DNA of 64,000 bases from a bacterium (GTDB lineage Bacteria > Hinthialibacterota > Hinthialibacteria > Hinthialibacterales > Hinthialibacteraceae). The notes below the pieces were generated by a model. The model was given only the letters and a program-made list of their open reading frames with translations. It was not told where the DNA came from and did not search any database. The position numbers and the translations under genes were made by a program. Below, in pieces: positions 30,401 to 40,523 of the stretch (its first letter is position 1; every line of letters begins with the position of its first letter). The DNA is taken from contig CAXXSM010000012.1 of assembly GCA_963663405.2 (NCBI GenBank), forward strand, positions 8,989 through 72,988. Reading direction: 5' to 3'.

Positions 30401-32128
30401 GTGGAGAAAAATCCCTTCTACGAAAAAAACCTCTCATGCCTGCGCAAACGCGATCCACACTGCGCCGCCCGCTTGCCTTCCTCCGCTCCTATCAAAGAAC
30501 TGTCAACGGAATCCACACCATCACACAAATGGATTCAAGATAGTCTAAAAGAAAACTGCCAGCAAATTATTCTTTTAGGAACTGAATCGGGTCAAACGAT
30601 CAACACGATTTTAGAGCAGTACAATCCATTAAATCTAATCGTCATTGAAAAGAGCATGAAGCGTTTCGCCGGCGCCCTTGCCGCGTCCGATCTCACGAAC
30701 GCGCTAAGCGATCCACATGTATTCTGGATCATCGGCGACTCGCTGAGTGATATTCTGCCGGGGATTGAATATGTAAAAACCTCACTCGCCGCGCATGGTT
30801 TTCAATGCGTTCATTCTCCCAATTCTTCTCCACCCGATCGGCCCTTTTACCAAAAAGTCGCAGAAATCATCCATCGGGAAATAGAGCGTGAAGCAACCCA
30901 CCTCAAAACACGGCTCGCTCGTGGAATGTTGTCTCAAAGAAATCTAATCGCAAATGTTCCTGTTAGTATACGATCCCTTTCACCCGATAACGTGGCGAAT
31001 GCGTTTTTGCGCAAACCAGCGGTTGTAATCGCCGCAGGGCCATCACTCGATCAAAACATTGGCGCATTAGAGAAGGCGAATGATTCAACACTCTTAATCA
31101 GTGTCGACACAGCCACACGCGCGCTTCTGCAAGCGTGCGTTCAACCGCATGTGATCGTCACGTCGGACCCTTCCCCTGATAACGTAAAACATTTTGATGG
31201 AATCGATCTTCCACCGGAGATTCTACTCGCCTATCTCCCCGACACCCATTACGAGATCCTACGCCGGTTCACGAACCTTCCCCGCTTGCTATGCCTATTC
31301 GACGATAGCGCCCGGTTGAACTATTGGCTGCGGGAAATTCTCGGTTTTCATCGATTACTCATCCGTCCAACCAATGTCGCGGAAGCGGCGATCCGGCTCG
31401 CTCTATTGATGGGCTGCGATCCAATCATTCTTGTTGGCTTAGACCTTGCGCTGGCGCCGGTTGGAGGAAAAACGCATACGCAGGCGGGCGCGCTTTCAAA
31501 AACGATTAAAAATTATTCTCAAAATCAGGTCCAGATTGAAACCGAAACAGGCGCCATTATTTCGCAGAACCTTGTCCAGGTTCCCGGCTGGAACAGTGAA
31601 CTATTGCCGTCATATCCATCATTCAAACTCTATCTGGAACGCCTCGAAGAATTAATCGCGGATACCCCCATTACATGGATCGACGCGACGGAAGGCGGCG
31701 CTCGGAAACGGGGATGCGCGCAGATGACGTTAGCCGCCGCGCTGACCTCCATTCCCAATAAGAAACCGTCGATCAACGAACAGCTGCGGCGAATCCCTCC
31801 ACCAGATGATTCGCATTCGAAAAAATACCTAAAAACATTCCAGCAGGCGTTGAACCGCCTTTGTAATTTACGCGATGATCTCCAATCCATCGCGCAAGGA
31901 ACCATCACCGGAAACGCCGCGGAATCGATATGGAATGAGTTTCTACAAAATAAAGAAATAAGAGCCATGCTGGATCACGCTGTATTCCAGTTCCAGCTTC
32001 TTCCCCCACTTTCGAAAATTGTGGAGCAAGAACGGGCTGAGTTTCTGCGCAATCAATCCCAAAACGCCATCGAAATAATCAACCTTTTCATCCCCCTATG
32101 GGAAACCGCGCTCTCCGATTCCAAATAG
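30401..32128 (+). CDS. DUF115/Maf-family (MptE-like) motility-associated glycosyltransferase
   Basis: FYEKNL, VIAAGPSL, SVDTA, LMGCDPIILVGLDLA, IDATEGGA; GTG 30401 likely start. Confidence 0.8.
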   Translation: MEKNPFYEKNLSCLRKRDPHCAARLPSSAPIKELSTESTPSHKWIQDSLKENCQQIILLGTESGQTINTILEQYNPLNLIVIEKSMKRFAGALAASDLTNALSDPHVFWIIGDSLSDILPGIEYVKTSLAAHGFQCVHSPNSSPPDRPFYQKVAEIIHREIEREATHLKTRLARGMLSQRNLIANVPVSIRSLSPDNVANAFLRKPAVVIAAGPSLDQNIGALEKANDSTLLISVDTATRALLQACVQPHVIVTSDPSPDNVKHFDGIDLPPEILLAYLPDTHYEILRRFTNLPRLLCLFDDSARLNYWLREILGFHRLLIRPTNVAEAAIRLALLMGCDPIILVGLDLALAPVGGKTHTQAGALSKTIKNYSQNQVQIETETGAIISQNLVQVPGWNSELLPSYPSFKLYLERLEELIADTPITWIDATEGGARKRGCAQMTLAAALTSIPNKKPSINEQLRRIPPPDDSHSKKYLKTFQQALNRLCNLRDDLQSIAQGTITGNAAESIWNEFLQNKEIRAMLDHAVFQFQLLPPLSKIVEQERAEFLRNQSQNAIEIINLFIPLWETALSDSK

Positions 32129-32186
32129 AAACAAGGTATAGTACTTAACTATTATTGCTAAACAAAATCGACAGATTATATTTCAT

Positions 32187-32215
32187 TTTTGCGGGCGGGA
32201 CGCCCGCGCTCCATT
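32187..32215 (-). repeat. REP-like palindrome, family A copy 3
   Basis: Reverse complement reads AATGGAGCGCGGGCGTCCCGCCCGCAAAA. Confidence 0.8.
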
Positions 32216-32316
32216 ATGATATTATATGAAAATGAGTATCTAAGGCTCTCTCGTTCGTATTCGCTCCCGCAACTCATTTTCATTTGCAGGTTGTGATCTC
32301 AATGATAAGGATTAAT

Positions 32317-34479
32317 ATGAGTCACAAAATTTTTCGTGAATGGCGCGTTTGGTTTTGGTATTTGCCTCTTCTGTATGCTTTGTATTTGGAGATGAAAATC
32401 TTTAAATATGCGCAGGGATTCCCTATTGATGACGCCTATATTTATTCACGCTACATCCACAATCTCACGCAGGGATTCGGCCTCGGTTTCAATCCCGGTG
32501 AATTCAGCGCCGGGATTCCCGGTTTTCTCTACGTAATCCTCTGCGCGGGCGTTTCGATCGCGTTGCCATCATTGGATCTTTTCTTGATTCTCCAATTCAT
32601 GGGGATTTTCTGGTATCTCGTTCTGATTTTCCTCACGCAGAAATTGATCCACGATCAAACGAACAATTTGATCCTGAGCTTACTCGGTGGAATTCTCCTC
32701 GCCTTATGCCGTCCTCTCTATTTCACAGCGCTCGCAGGATTGGAAACGCCCCTATTTCTCACGCTGATGGTTTTTACCTGCTGGCTGGCTCTGCGCGAAC
32801 CACCAGTCAGCCCGGTCTGGTTGGGAGCCACATGCGCTCTGGTCTGTCTAACCCGTCTGGAAGGCGTTGCGATCGCCATGGGCTACTGCTTCTTCATCCT
32901 TCTAGGCGCGTTTGTTTTCAACAAACAAATGAAGGGCTCATTCGTTAAATCTTTATTTGAACTCATCTATTTTCTAAGTGGATTCATTCTCGTAACATTA
33001 CCATTCGCTCTTTTTATCTATATAAAAACCGGTTTTTGGCTTCCTACCGATTATTATGGAGAACTCCTCAATCGGAATGGCTTTTCCACACTCCCCACCG
33101 CCGCTCATTTGGAAAAAGGATTCCTGGCAATCTTTAACGGATACTCGGAAATTCTTACCCTGGATTCAACATCGATCATCTATTGCGGTCTGTTCGCGTT
33201 AAGCGGTGTCTCATTATTGATTTTTATCTATCGCTGCGGAGAAAAACCACCCAGCCTGCGTTTTTTCGCGGCCCGATCTACAATGTTTTCTCTTATACTA
33301 TGGCCGTTTCTCTATGGTTTCTTTTTCAAATTCGATCCTCAATTCGGGCGCCAGTATATTCATTACTTGCAGATTGTGATCGTCATCATTCACATCGAAG
33401 CGATCGTGGGAGTCAACGGCATTCTCCGAAATGCTGTACAGTATATCCCTTACCGAAGCCTTCAATTCGTTATCGTCTGCCTCTGCGCTTATGCGCTAAG
33501 CTATTACACGTGCAAGGCGGTCATCTCCACAGCCCGGCAGTCACATAAAAAAGAATTAACTTCCATGATCGATCGATCACGGGAACACGAACAGATTTAT
33601 AAACAAGCGGCATTATGGATCCGCAGTCATACACCGCCTGGAGCCCGGATTTTAACAGGCTTGATGGGCCCCGGCGCGATTGGTTACTACTCCGGCCGGT
33701 ATGTGATCGAGCAATGTGATTGGGCCGGCGCCGGAAGGTTTACCAGTAGACAATCCTTCTCCCTCGACGATCCTCAACAAAAGCGAAGTTATTGGAAACA
33801 CGCGATGGAAACCATGCGGCTCGAACGTGTCAACTACTTCGTCAGTTCCGCCTCTATGAATATCACACAGGACACCCGCTTCGCCAGAGAAATTCTGACA
33901 CTTTCAGACTCGAAGCGCAAAAACGTGTATCCGGTCATCCATCAAAAAGCGTTTATCTATCATTTTGACGCGCCCGAAGAATATATTTTATGGGACGAAC
34001 ACCCCCAGTTCATCGATCGCGCGAAATTTCCCATCACCGAAGGGCGGATGATCTCCACTTTCTGGCATGATATACCCATCGTGGCCGTGGATGTCCGGGA
34101 GGTGACCTCCGAACTGCGCTATAATGTCATTCTTCCTGACCGCCCTCATCTCGTAGCAGGCGCCGCGTTGGATTTCCCTCCCCGTGACTATACAGAGGAA
34201 GAAACGGTCCATTATACGATTCACATCGAGTTGGAAGAGAAGAAAGATATAATTTACACGAAGACTTTTCAAATGAACCAGGCGAAACCGAGAGATATCC
34301 TGACGGAATTTGATATCGATCTAAAATCATACAGCGGCCGGCATGCGGCGCTCGTATTTTCTCTCTCCGTTCCGCCGAAAAAGTATCCCGGAAAAATCTG
34401 GGCGGGATGGGTTCATCCCCGAATCTTGAACAAAATGGAGGGCGGGCGTCCCGCCCGCCATAAATATAATAAAATATAA
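32317..34479 (+). CDS. GT-C-type membrane glycosyltransferase-like protein
   Basis: IDDAYIYSRY..NL..G.G..FNPGE, GLETPL, LTRLEG, GAIGYYS motifs; start uncertain (ORF open from 32284). Confidence 0.7.
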   Translation: MSHKIFREWRVWFWYLPLLYALYLEMKIFKYAQGFPIDDAYIYSRYIHNLTQGFGLGFNPGEFSAGIPGFLYVILCAGVSIALPSLDLFLILQFMGIFWYLVLIFLTQKLIHDQTNNLILSLLGGILLALCRPLYFTALAGLETPLFLTLMVFTCWLALREPPVSPVWLGATCALVCLTRLEGVAIAMGYCFFILLGAFVFNKQMKGSFVKSLFELIYFLSGFILVTLPFALFIYIKTGFWLPTDYYGELLNRNGFSTLPTAAHLEKGFLAIFNGYSEILTLDSTSIIYCGLFALSGVSLLIFIYRCGEKPPSLRFFAARSTMFSLILWPFLYGFFFKFDPQFGRQYIHYLQIVIVIIHIEAIVGVNGILRNAVQYIPYRSLQFVIVCLCAYALSYYTCKAVISTARQSHKKELTSMIDRSREHEQIYKQAALWIRSHTPPGARILTGLMGPGAIGYYSGRYVIEQCDWAGAGRFTSRQSFSLDDPQQKRSYWKHAMETMRLERVNYFVSSASMNITQDTRFAREILTLSDSKRKNVYPVIHQKAFIYHFDAPEEYILWDEHPQFIDRAKFPITEGRMISTFWHDIPIVAVDVREVTSELRYNVILPDRPHLVAGAALDFPPRDYTEEETVHYTIHIELEEKKDIIYTKTFQMNQAKPRDILTEFDIDLKSYSGRHAALVFSLSVPPKKYPGKIWAGWVHPRILNKMEGGRPARHKYNKI
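34434..34462 (+). repeat. REP-like palindrome, family A copy 4 (inside CDS 3' end)
   Basis: AATGGAGGGCGGGCGTCCCGCCCGCCATA, translated as MEGGRPARH. Confidence 0.75.
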
Positions 34480-34537
34480 GGTTTTTACAAATATCAATTC
34501 ACAAACGAACGCGAAACATACATAACGGACAATATAT

Positions 34538-35584
34538 ATGCCGCAAGTCGAAGGAACCTTTATCGATCGTGTAAAAATCCGTCTCAAAGCGGGAGACGGC
34601 GGGGATGGTGTCACATCCTTCCGCCACGAAAAATACGTGCCGTTTGGAGGGCCTGACGGTGGAAACGGCGGCGCGGGAGGGAATGTGATCTTCCGCGTGA
34701 ATCCGGGGATGAACACACTCGAAAAACTCCATTCCCAACCCTTCTATCGGGCGGAAAATGGAAAAAACGGCGGGAAAAACAACCGTACCGGCGCGACGGG
34801 AGACGATCTCATTCTTGAAGTCCCGCCTGGAACCATCGTTACAAATGACGAGACCGGCGAACTCATCGCCGACATAGAAGAAACCGAAGGCGAAGCGGTC
34901 ATCTGCCAGGGCGGCAAAGGCGGTAAAGGCAATACCACCTTTGCGACCTCAACGAACCAGGCGCCGCGTAAATGCACTCCCGGCGCGCCTGGTGAAGAGA
35001 TCACCGCGTTTCTTGAATTGAAACTCGTCGCGGATATCGGCCTCGCGGGACTCCCCAACGCGGGAAAATCGACGCTGATCTCTTCCATCACCGGCGCCCG
35101 TCCGCGAATCGCTGACTATCCATTTACGACCCTGCAACCCATTTTAGGCACGATCAACTTAATGGACGGCTCCTCAATCGTCATCGCGGATGTGCCGGGT
35201 ATCATTCAGGGCGCGCACGAAGGAATCGGGCTGGGCCTCGATTTTCTGCGGCATATCGAACGAACGAAAATGCTGGTCTTCGTCATCGAACTCTCGCCTC
35301 ACGATCCCAATCTTCCCGCGCAGACCTTCAAAGACTTGCAACACGAAATCCGTCACTATGACGAATCGATCTTAAAACGGCCTTACCTTGTCGCGCTCAA
35401 TAAATCCGACCTTCTCTCCGACAAGGAAGATCTTGAGCTGATCCTAAGCGCCTTCCACGAACAATGCCCCGAAGTCCCCCCGGACGTGATCCACGTCATT
35501 TCCTCCCTCCAAAAAACAGGAACGCAGACACTGCGGGAGACGATTATTTCGATGTACTCAGAAAGATTATCTGAACGGCGCTGA
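34538..35584 (+). CDS. obgE: GTPase ObgE/CgtA
   Basis: FIDRV...GGPDGGNGG, LELKLVADIGL.GLPNAGKST, ADYPFTTL, GLGLDFLRHIER. Confidence 0.97.
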   Translation: MPQVEGTFIDRVKIRLKAGDGGDGVTSFRHEKYVPFGGPDGGNGGAGGNVIFRVNPGMNTLEKLHSQPFYRAENGKNGGKNNRTGATGDDLILEVPPGTIVTNDETGELIADIEETEGEAVICQGGKGGKGNTTFATSTNQAPRKCTPGAPGEEITAFLELKLVADIGLAGLPNAGKSTLISSITGARPRIADYPFTTLQPILGTINLMDGSSIVIADVPGIIQGAHEGIGLGLDFLRHIERTKMLVFVIELSPHDPNLPAQTFKDLQHEIRHYDESILKRPYLVALNKSDLLSDKEDLELILSAFHEQCPEVPPDVIHVISSLQKTGTQTLRETIISMYSERLSERR

Positions 35585-35725
35585 TTAGGAATCTGATAAA
35601 CCAAGCGACGACTCAAGTCATACCACTCCACAAATTAAAATCTCCAGTTAACATCCATAACTAGAGTACGCCCCGGAAACGGGAGATTTGATTCCCCTAA
35701 CACAAAACACGCTCCAATTAAAGCC

Positions 35726-36877
35726 ATGACAAATGCGACACATTTACCTCCAATCGTTGATACGGTTTTGAAAGATTTAAAACGGGTTGTGATTAAAGTG
35801 GGCACGCGGGTAATCGATGATGAGAAAACCCAGTTCAACCGGCCTATAATGAAATCGCTGACGCGGGAGATCGCGGAATTAAAAGCCCGTGGAGTTGAAG
35901 TCATTCTGGTCTCCTCCGGCGCTGTCGGGGCGGGTTTGCGGGGCTTGGGGATTCCGAAACGGCCCCGGTCGATCCACCTGCGTCAGGCCTGCGCGGCGGT
36001 GGGACAGGGACGGCTCATGCACGAATACCAGCGGCTCTTCCACGCGCATGGGATCACAACAGCGCAGGTTCTATTAACGCGGTCGGACCTTGACCGCCGC
36101 ACATCGTATCTCAACGTCCGTGAGACTCTTCTCCACCTTTTGACCCTCGGTGTCCTACCCATTATCAATGAAAACGACACTGTCTCCGCCGATGAATTGA
36201 ATTTCGGGGATAATGATTTTCTGGCCGCCCTGGTCGCAGGTAAGATGGACGCCGGATTGCTCGTTCTCCTCACCCGCGTCGATGGCGTTCTGCGTTCGGT
36301 GGATGGAAATCAATCCGAAGGGGAATTGATCGAAGTAATCGAGGATAACTACAAAGAAGCGCTGGGGGTGGTTCGAGATAAATCTGATCCACTTTCTATG
36401 GGGGGAATGCGTTCCAAGCTGGAAGCGGCGGGGAAAGCTCGTTCAAAGGGGATTCTTGTGGCGATCGCCAACGGTCTTCGGCCGGGTATCCTCGGCGCTA
36501 TCCTATCAGGCCGCGCCAAAGCGACATGGATGCTCCCTACGCGCAAACGGCTGGACGCATGGAAATACTACCTGGCTTTTGCGAAACAACCCTCCAGCGC
36601 CAAAATCATCGTCGATGAAGGCGCGGTGGAGGCGGTCCGGGACCGGGGAAAAAGCCTTCTCGCTTCCGGAGTGAACGCAATCACTGGATCATTCAAAGTA
36701 AAAGATCTCGTGCAGGTATTCGATCCCGAAGGAAACGAAGTGGCGCGGGGATTGGTCAATTACACATCCAGGGAACTCAGAAAAATCCAAGGCCGATCAA
36801 CCAAAGAAATCCGCGAAATCCTTAACCGGCAGGACGCGCAGGAAGTCATTCACCGCAATAATCTCGTCCTTTTCTAA
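35726..36877 (+). CDS. proB: Glutamate 5-kinase
   Basis: VIKVGT, VSSGAVGAG, AAVGQ, PIINENDTV, FGDND, GGMRSK, PUA domain ending HRNNLV. Confidence 0.96.
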   Translation: MTNATHLPPIVDTVLKDLKRVVIKVGTRVIDDEKTQFNRPIMKSLTREIAELKARGVEVILVSSGAVGAGLRGLGIPKRPRSIHLRQACAAVGQGRLMHEYQRLFHAHGITTAQVLLTRSDLDRRTSYLNVRETLLHLLTLGVLPIINENDTVSADELNFGDNDFLAALVAGKMDAGLLVLLTRVDGVLRSVDGNQSEGELIEVIEDNYKEALGVVRDKSDPLSMGGMRSKLEAAGKARSKGILVAIANGLRPGILGAILSGRAKATWMLPTRKRLDAWKYYLAFAKQPSSAKIIVDEGAVEAVRDRGKSLLASGVNAITGSFKVKDLVQVFDPEGNEVARGLVNYTSRELRKIQGRSTKEIREILNRQDAQEVIHRNNLVLF

Positions 36878-36879
36878 AT

Positions 36880-36918
36880 TACAACATCAGGCGGCCGTTG
36901 TGACCGCCTGATGTTGTA
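36880..36918. terminator. Hairpin between convergent proB and rpsA (probable bidirectional terminator)
   Basis: TACAACATCAGGCGG-9 nt-CCGCCTGATGTTGTA perfect 15-bp stem. Confidence 0.75.
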
Positions 36919-36943
36919 TCAAATACTATTGCAACCAAACCGG

Positions 36944-39421
36944 TTAGGAATCAGAAGGTTTATTTTCCTCTTCATCCTCATGTAAAACTGACTCTGGCGC
37001 GCTTTCCGCGGAGGCTTCAGGCGCCGGTTCTGGTTCCACGCTAGCGGTCTCTTCCATCGCTTCCGTGGCCGTTTCCGGCGCTGGCTCCGGCTCGGAGATT
37101 TCTACAGTCTCTTCCACTGCTTCTGGAGCCGGTTCTACTTCCACACTGGCGGTTTCTTCAACTGGCTCAGCAACCGCTTCCGGCGCTGGTTCCGGCTCGG
37201 AGATTTCTACGGTCTCTTCCACCTCTTCTGGAGCCGCTTCCACTTCCACACTGGCGGTTTCTTCAACTGGCTCAGCAACCGCTTCCGGCGCTGGTTCCGG
37301 CTCGGGGGTTTCTACAGCCTCTTCCACCGCTTCTGGAGCCGGCTCCACTTCTACACTGGCGGTTTCTTCAACTGGCTCAGCAACCGCTTCTGGCGCTGGT
37401 TCCGGCTCGGAGATTTCTACGGTCTCTTCCACCGCTTCTTGAGACGGTTCCACTTCCACACTGGCGGTCTCTTCCACCGGTTCAGCAGCCGCTTCCAGCG
37501 CTGGTTCCGGCTCGGGGATTTCTACAGCCTCTTCCACCGCTTCTGGAGCTGGTTCCATTTCCATACTGGCGGTCTCTTCCACCGGTTCAATTACCGCTTC
37601 CGGCGCTGGTTCCGGTTCGGGTTCGGAGGAGGCTTCTTCTTGCTGCTGCATCAGCCGATGCATTTGTTCGCCAAGCAATTCACCCAGCGTCGCGTTACCG
37701 CCGCTTTCATCAGCCATATAACGCTGCACTTCCTGATGTTCCTGTTCTTTCAAGAAATCTTTCAAGGAAAGGCTGATCTTCCGGTTCCCTCGATCGAATT
37801 TGATCACTTTCATCGTGACCACATCACCGACTTTGACGACTTCCTCAGGTTTCTTGCCCTTTTGCGCGGTTAAGGTCGAAGCGTGCGCGAGTCCTTCAAT
37901 GCCTTTTTCCAACTCGACAAACGCGCCGAATTCCGTCATCCGGATGACTTTCACCTCGACGGGCATACCCACTTTGTATTTCTTTTGGGCGACATCCCAC
38001 GGATCAGGCTCCAGCTGTTTGAGTCCGAGAGAGATCCGCTGTTGAGAGGGATCGATTTCAAGGACTTTGGCTTGGATTTTATCCCCTTTTTTAAGGATTT
38101 GTTTCGGGTGGTTTACTTTCTCCGCCCACGACATATCCGAAACGTGAATCATTCCATCCACGCCTTCTGGAAGCCGCACAAACGCGCCAAAGTCCGTCAT
38201 TCCCGTGACATCGCCTTCAATCACTGTCCCTGGCGGATAATTGGTCTTCGCGAGAGTCCATGGATCGACTGTGGTCTGGCGCAGACTCAATGAGATCCGT
38301 TTCCGTTCTTCATCGATGCTGAGCACTTTCACCCGGACTTCTTCTTTTTCTTTCAGAAGTTCGGAAGGATGATGGATGCGTTTCACCCAGGACATCTCCG
38401 AGATGTGGATCAATCCTTCAACGCCTTCTTCCAATCCAACGAAAGCCCCATATTTTGTCAAACTGGTCACTTCTCCCCCCACAAGTGATCCAGGAGGATA
38501 TTTTTCCTGCACGTTCAACCAGGGATCGGGCGCCCGTTGTTTTAAACCGAGGGAAATGCGATCTCCATCCACGCTCAACACCATGACCGTGAATTCATCG
38601 CCGACATTAACTACTTCCCTTGGATGCGCCACATGCCCCCAGGACATGTCATTCACGTGCAAAAGCCCATCGACCCCACCCAGGTCGACAAACGCGCCGA
38701 AATCGGTCAAGTTTTTAACAACGCCTTTGATCCAATTTCCGACCTTCAACGCGGCCATTGTCTCTTTGCGGAGGCGGGAGCGCTTTTCTTCAATCGCCTT
38801 CCGCTGAGAAAGAATCAGATCCCGTTTCCTTCTCATCTCAAGGATCTTCGCTTCGATCCTTTGCCCGATCAACGCTTTTTGGTCCTCTTCATTCCGCGCT
38901 CCGGGTCCCATTTGTGAAAAGGGAATGAAGCCACGCAGGCCATCCACATTCACTTCGAACCCGCCCCGCACGATCGCTTTCACGACACAGAAGACCGGGG
39001 TTCCATTTTCATACGATTCCCGTAACGTCTTTTTAGCGATCCGTTCTTTCGCTTTCCGGCGTGAAAGAACCGGCAGTCCATCATGACCCTCCCGGTTGAT
39101 CACCATCACTTCCACGTCCATGCCTACAAACACATTGGGATCTTTTCCATCTTCAAGAAACTCACGAAGAGGAATCACTCCCTCCGACTTGGAACCGATA
39201 TCCACAACGACGTCATCCGTCGTGACTTTCAAAACCTTGCCGGTAATAATCTGGTTGACAACGATCTCCGTAAACGTCTGATCGATCATTGACTCGAAAT
39301 CTTCGCTGTCATCCATAAAAACATCGGGGTTCTCGTCTTCTGTCACATTGATGTCTTCCCCTAAGGTCCTCTCATCTTGGGCGTCAATCGCCGCCGCTTG
39401 CTCTCGTTCATGACCTATCAT
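36944..39421 (-). CDS. rpsA: 30S ribosomal protein S1 with long acidic repeat tail
   Basis: Six S1 domains (DIGSKSEG, LTDFGAFVDLGGVDGLLH, GVEGLIHISEMSW, RISLGLKQ) and TLGEL end motif, then ~235 aa of E/P/A/V repeats. Confidence 0.95.
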   Translation of the reverse strand: MIGHEREQAAAIDAQDERTLGEDINVTEDENPDVFMDDSEDFESMIDQTFTEIVVNQIITGKVLKVTTDDVVVDIGSKSEGVIPLREFLEDGKDPNVFVGMDVEVMVINREGHDGLPVLSRRKAKERIAKKTLRESYENGTPVFCVVKAIVRGGFEVNVDGLRGFIPFSQMGPGARNEEDQKALIGQRIEAKILEMRRKRDLILSQRKAIEEKRSRLRKETMAALKVGNWIKGVVKNLTDFGAFVDLGGVDGLLHVNDMSWGHVAHPREVVNVGDEFTVMVLSVDGDRISLGLKQRAPDPWLNVQEKYPPGSLVGGEVTSLTKYGAFVGLEEGVEGLIHISEMSWVKRIHHPSELLKEKEEVRVKVLSIDEERKRISLSLRQTTVDPWTLAKTNYPPGTVIEGDVTGMTDFGAFVRLPEGVDGMIHVSDMSWAEKVNHPKQILKKGDKIQAKVLEIDPSQQRISLGLKQLEPDPWDVAQKKYKVGMPVEVKVIRMTEFGAFVELEKGIEGLAHASTLTAQKGKKPEEVVKVGDVVTMKVIKFDRGNRKISLSLKDFLKEQEHQEVQRYMADESGGNATLGELLGEQMHRLMQQQEEASSEPEPEPAPEAVIEPVEETASMEMEPAPEAVEEAVEIPEPEPALEAAAEPVEETASVEVEPSQEAVEETVEISEPEPAPEAVAEPVEETASVEVEPAPEAVEEAVETPEPEPAPEAVAEPVEETASVEVEAAPEEVEETVEISEPEPAPEAVAEPVEETASVEVEPAPEAVEETVEISEPEPAPETATEAMEETASVEPEPAPEASAESAPESVLHEDEEENKPSDS
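37010..37624 (-). repeat. 105-bp (35-aa) in-frame tandem repeat, 5 full copies + partial
   Basis: CTCGG anchor recurs at 37091, 37196, 37301, 37406, 37511; unit EPEPAPEAVAEPVEETASVEVEPAPEAVEETVEIS. Confidence 0.92.
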
Positions 39422-39572
39422 CTAAACCTAAGCCTCCAGTGTCAAAAATAACGGATAATAACTCTAATCAAAAATAATACTTACTAAATCCTCAATATAA
39501 ATATGACCGAAAGGATTCTACAGGATTTTTAAAGCATGTTAAGGCTTTCAAAAGGGAACACACTCTTGGGGA

Positions 39573-40208
39573 TTATTTTGTCATCTTTTCATCCAAGACG
39601 GATTTCAAATGAAATACCGCGCGCTCCATTTCTTTCGTAAACTCTTTGATAAGTTCCGAATCCGCCTTGGCCCGCGTCTCACCTTTTGGAATTAACGGTT
39701 GTCCTATCAGTGTTCGTATTTTCTTGGGACGTGGGAACCATGCCTTTCTTGGGTACGCCTCATACGTCCCGGAGATGTAGACCGGCACAATCGGCGCTTG
39801 GCTCTTATGCGCCAGCCAAGCCGCGCCTGTCTCAAACGGCTGCATCTGACCGTTCTCACTTCGCGTGCCTTCCGGGAACAATAAGATCGCTTTCCCTTCC
39901 CGTAATGTCCGCAACGTAATCATCACGGACCTCATGTCACCTTGACCCCGCGCCACTGGAATGGAACCAATCCGTCTCAGCCACCACCCAAGTAATGGCG
40001 CCGCTCTCAATTCTCTTTTCAAAAGGAATGTCAATTGCCGCTTGATGCCAACAGTAATCAGGGGTGGATCTAGATAACTGCAATGATTGGCCGCCAAAAT
40101 GACTGGACCGGATGAAGGAATATTCTCTTCGCCTTCGGTCGAGAGACGAAAAAATATCTTTGCCAACACCCGGAAAAAATGCCAGTTTATCTTGTAGAAA
40201 AAATCCAT
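39573..40208 (-). CDS. plsC: 1-acyl-sn-glycerol-3-phosphate acyltransferase
   Basis: NHCSYLDP, FPEGTRS, PIVPV. Confidence 0.9.
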   Translation of the reverse strand: MDFFYKINWHFFRVLAKIFFRLSTEGEENIPSSGPVILAANHCSYLDPPLITVGIKRQLTFLLKRELRAAPLLGWWLRRIGSIPVARGQGDMRSVMITLRTLREGKAILLFPEGTRSENGQMQPFETGAAWLAHKSQAPIVPVYISGTYEAYPRKAWFPRPKKIRTLIGQPLIPKGETRAKADSELIKEFTKEMERAVFHLKSVLDEKMTK

Positions 40209-40523
40209 ATCTACACTTGAATCCTATCGATGTACGATATCACCAGACATTCAGAATGGCAAGGTTACAACACGTTTCACTTAAAAAGAAATAAATCAAG
40301 GTTTTGCTGAATTAACGCCAGTATGGCAGGGATTAATATACTTTATATGGTATACACACCTAAATTAAAACACAAGAAATACGAATACTCCAAAAAAGTG
40401 TGTTTTTCTGGGCGCAGAATAATATACACAAGAAGAGAATGTAAAACTTTTCAACGCTATGTGAATGGGAGCGATTTCCCCGCCGGATCAGATTCATCAG
40501 ACATGTCATCATGCCGTCAGAAC

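Noticed and set aside
37010-37624. Regular repeats as a possible CRISPR array
   Set aside because: Contiguous 105-bp in-frame coding repeats with no unique spacers and no cas genes.
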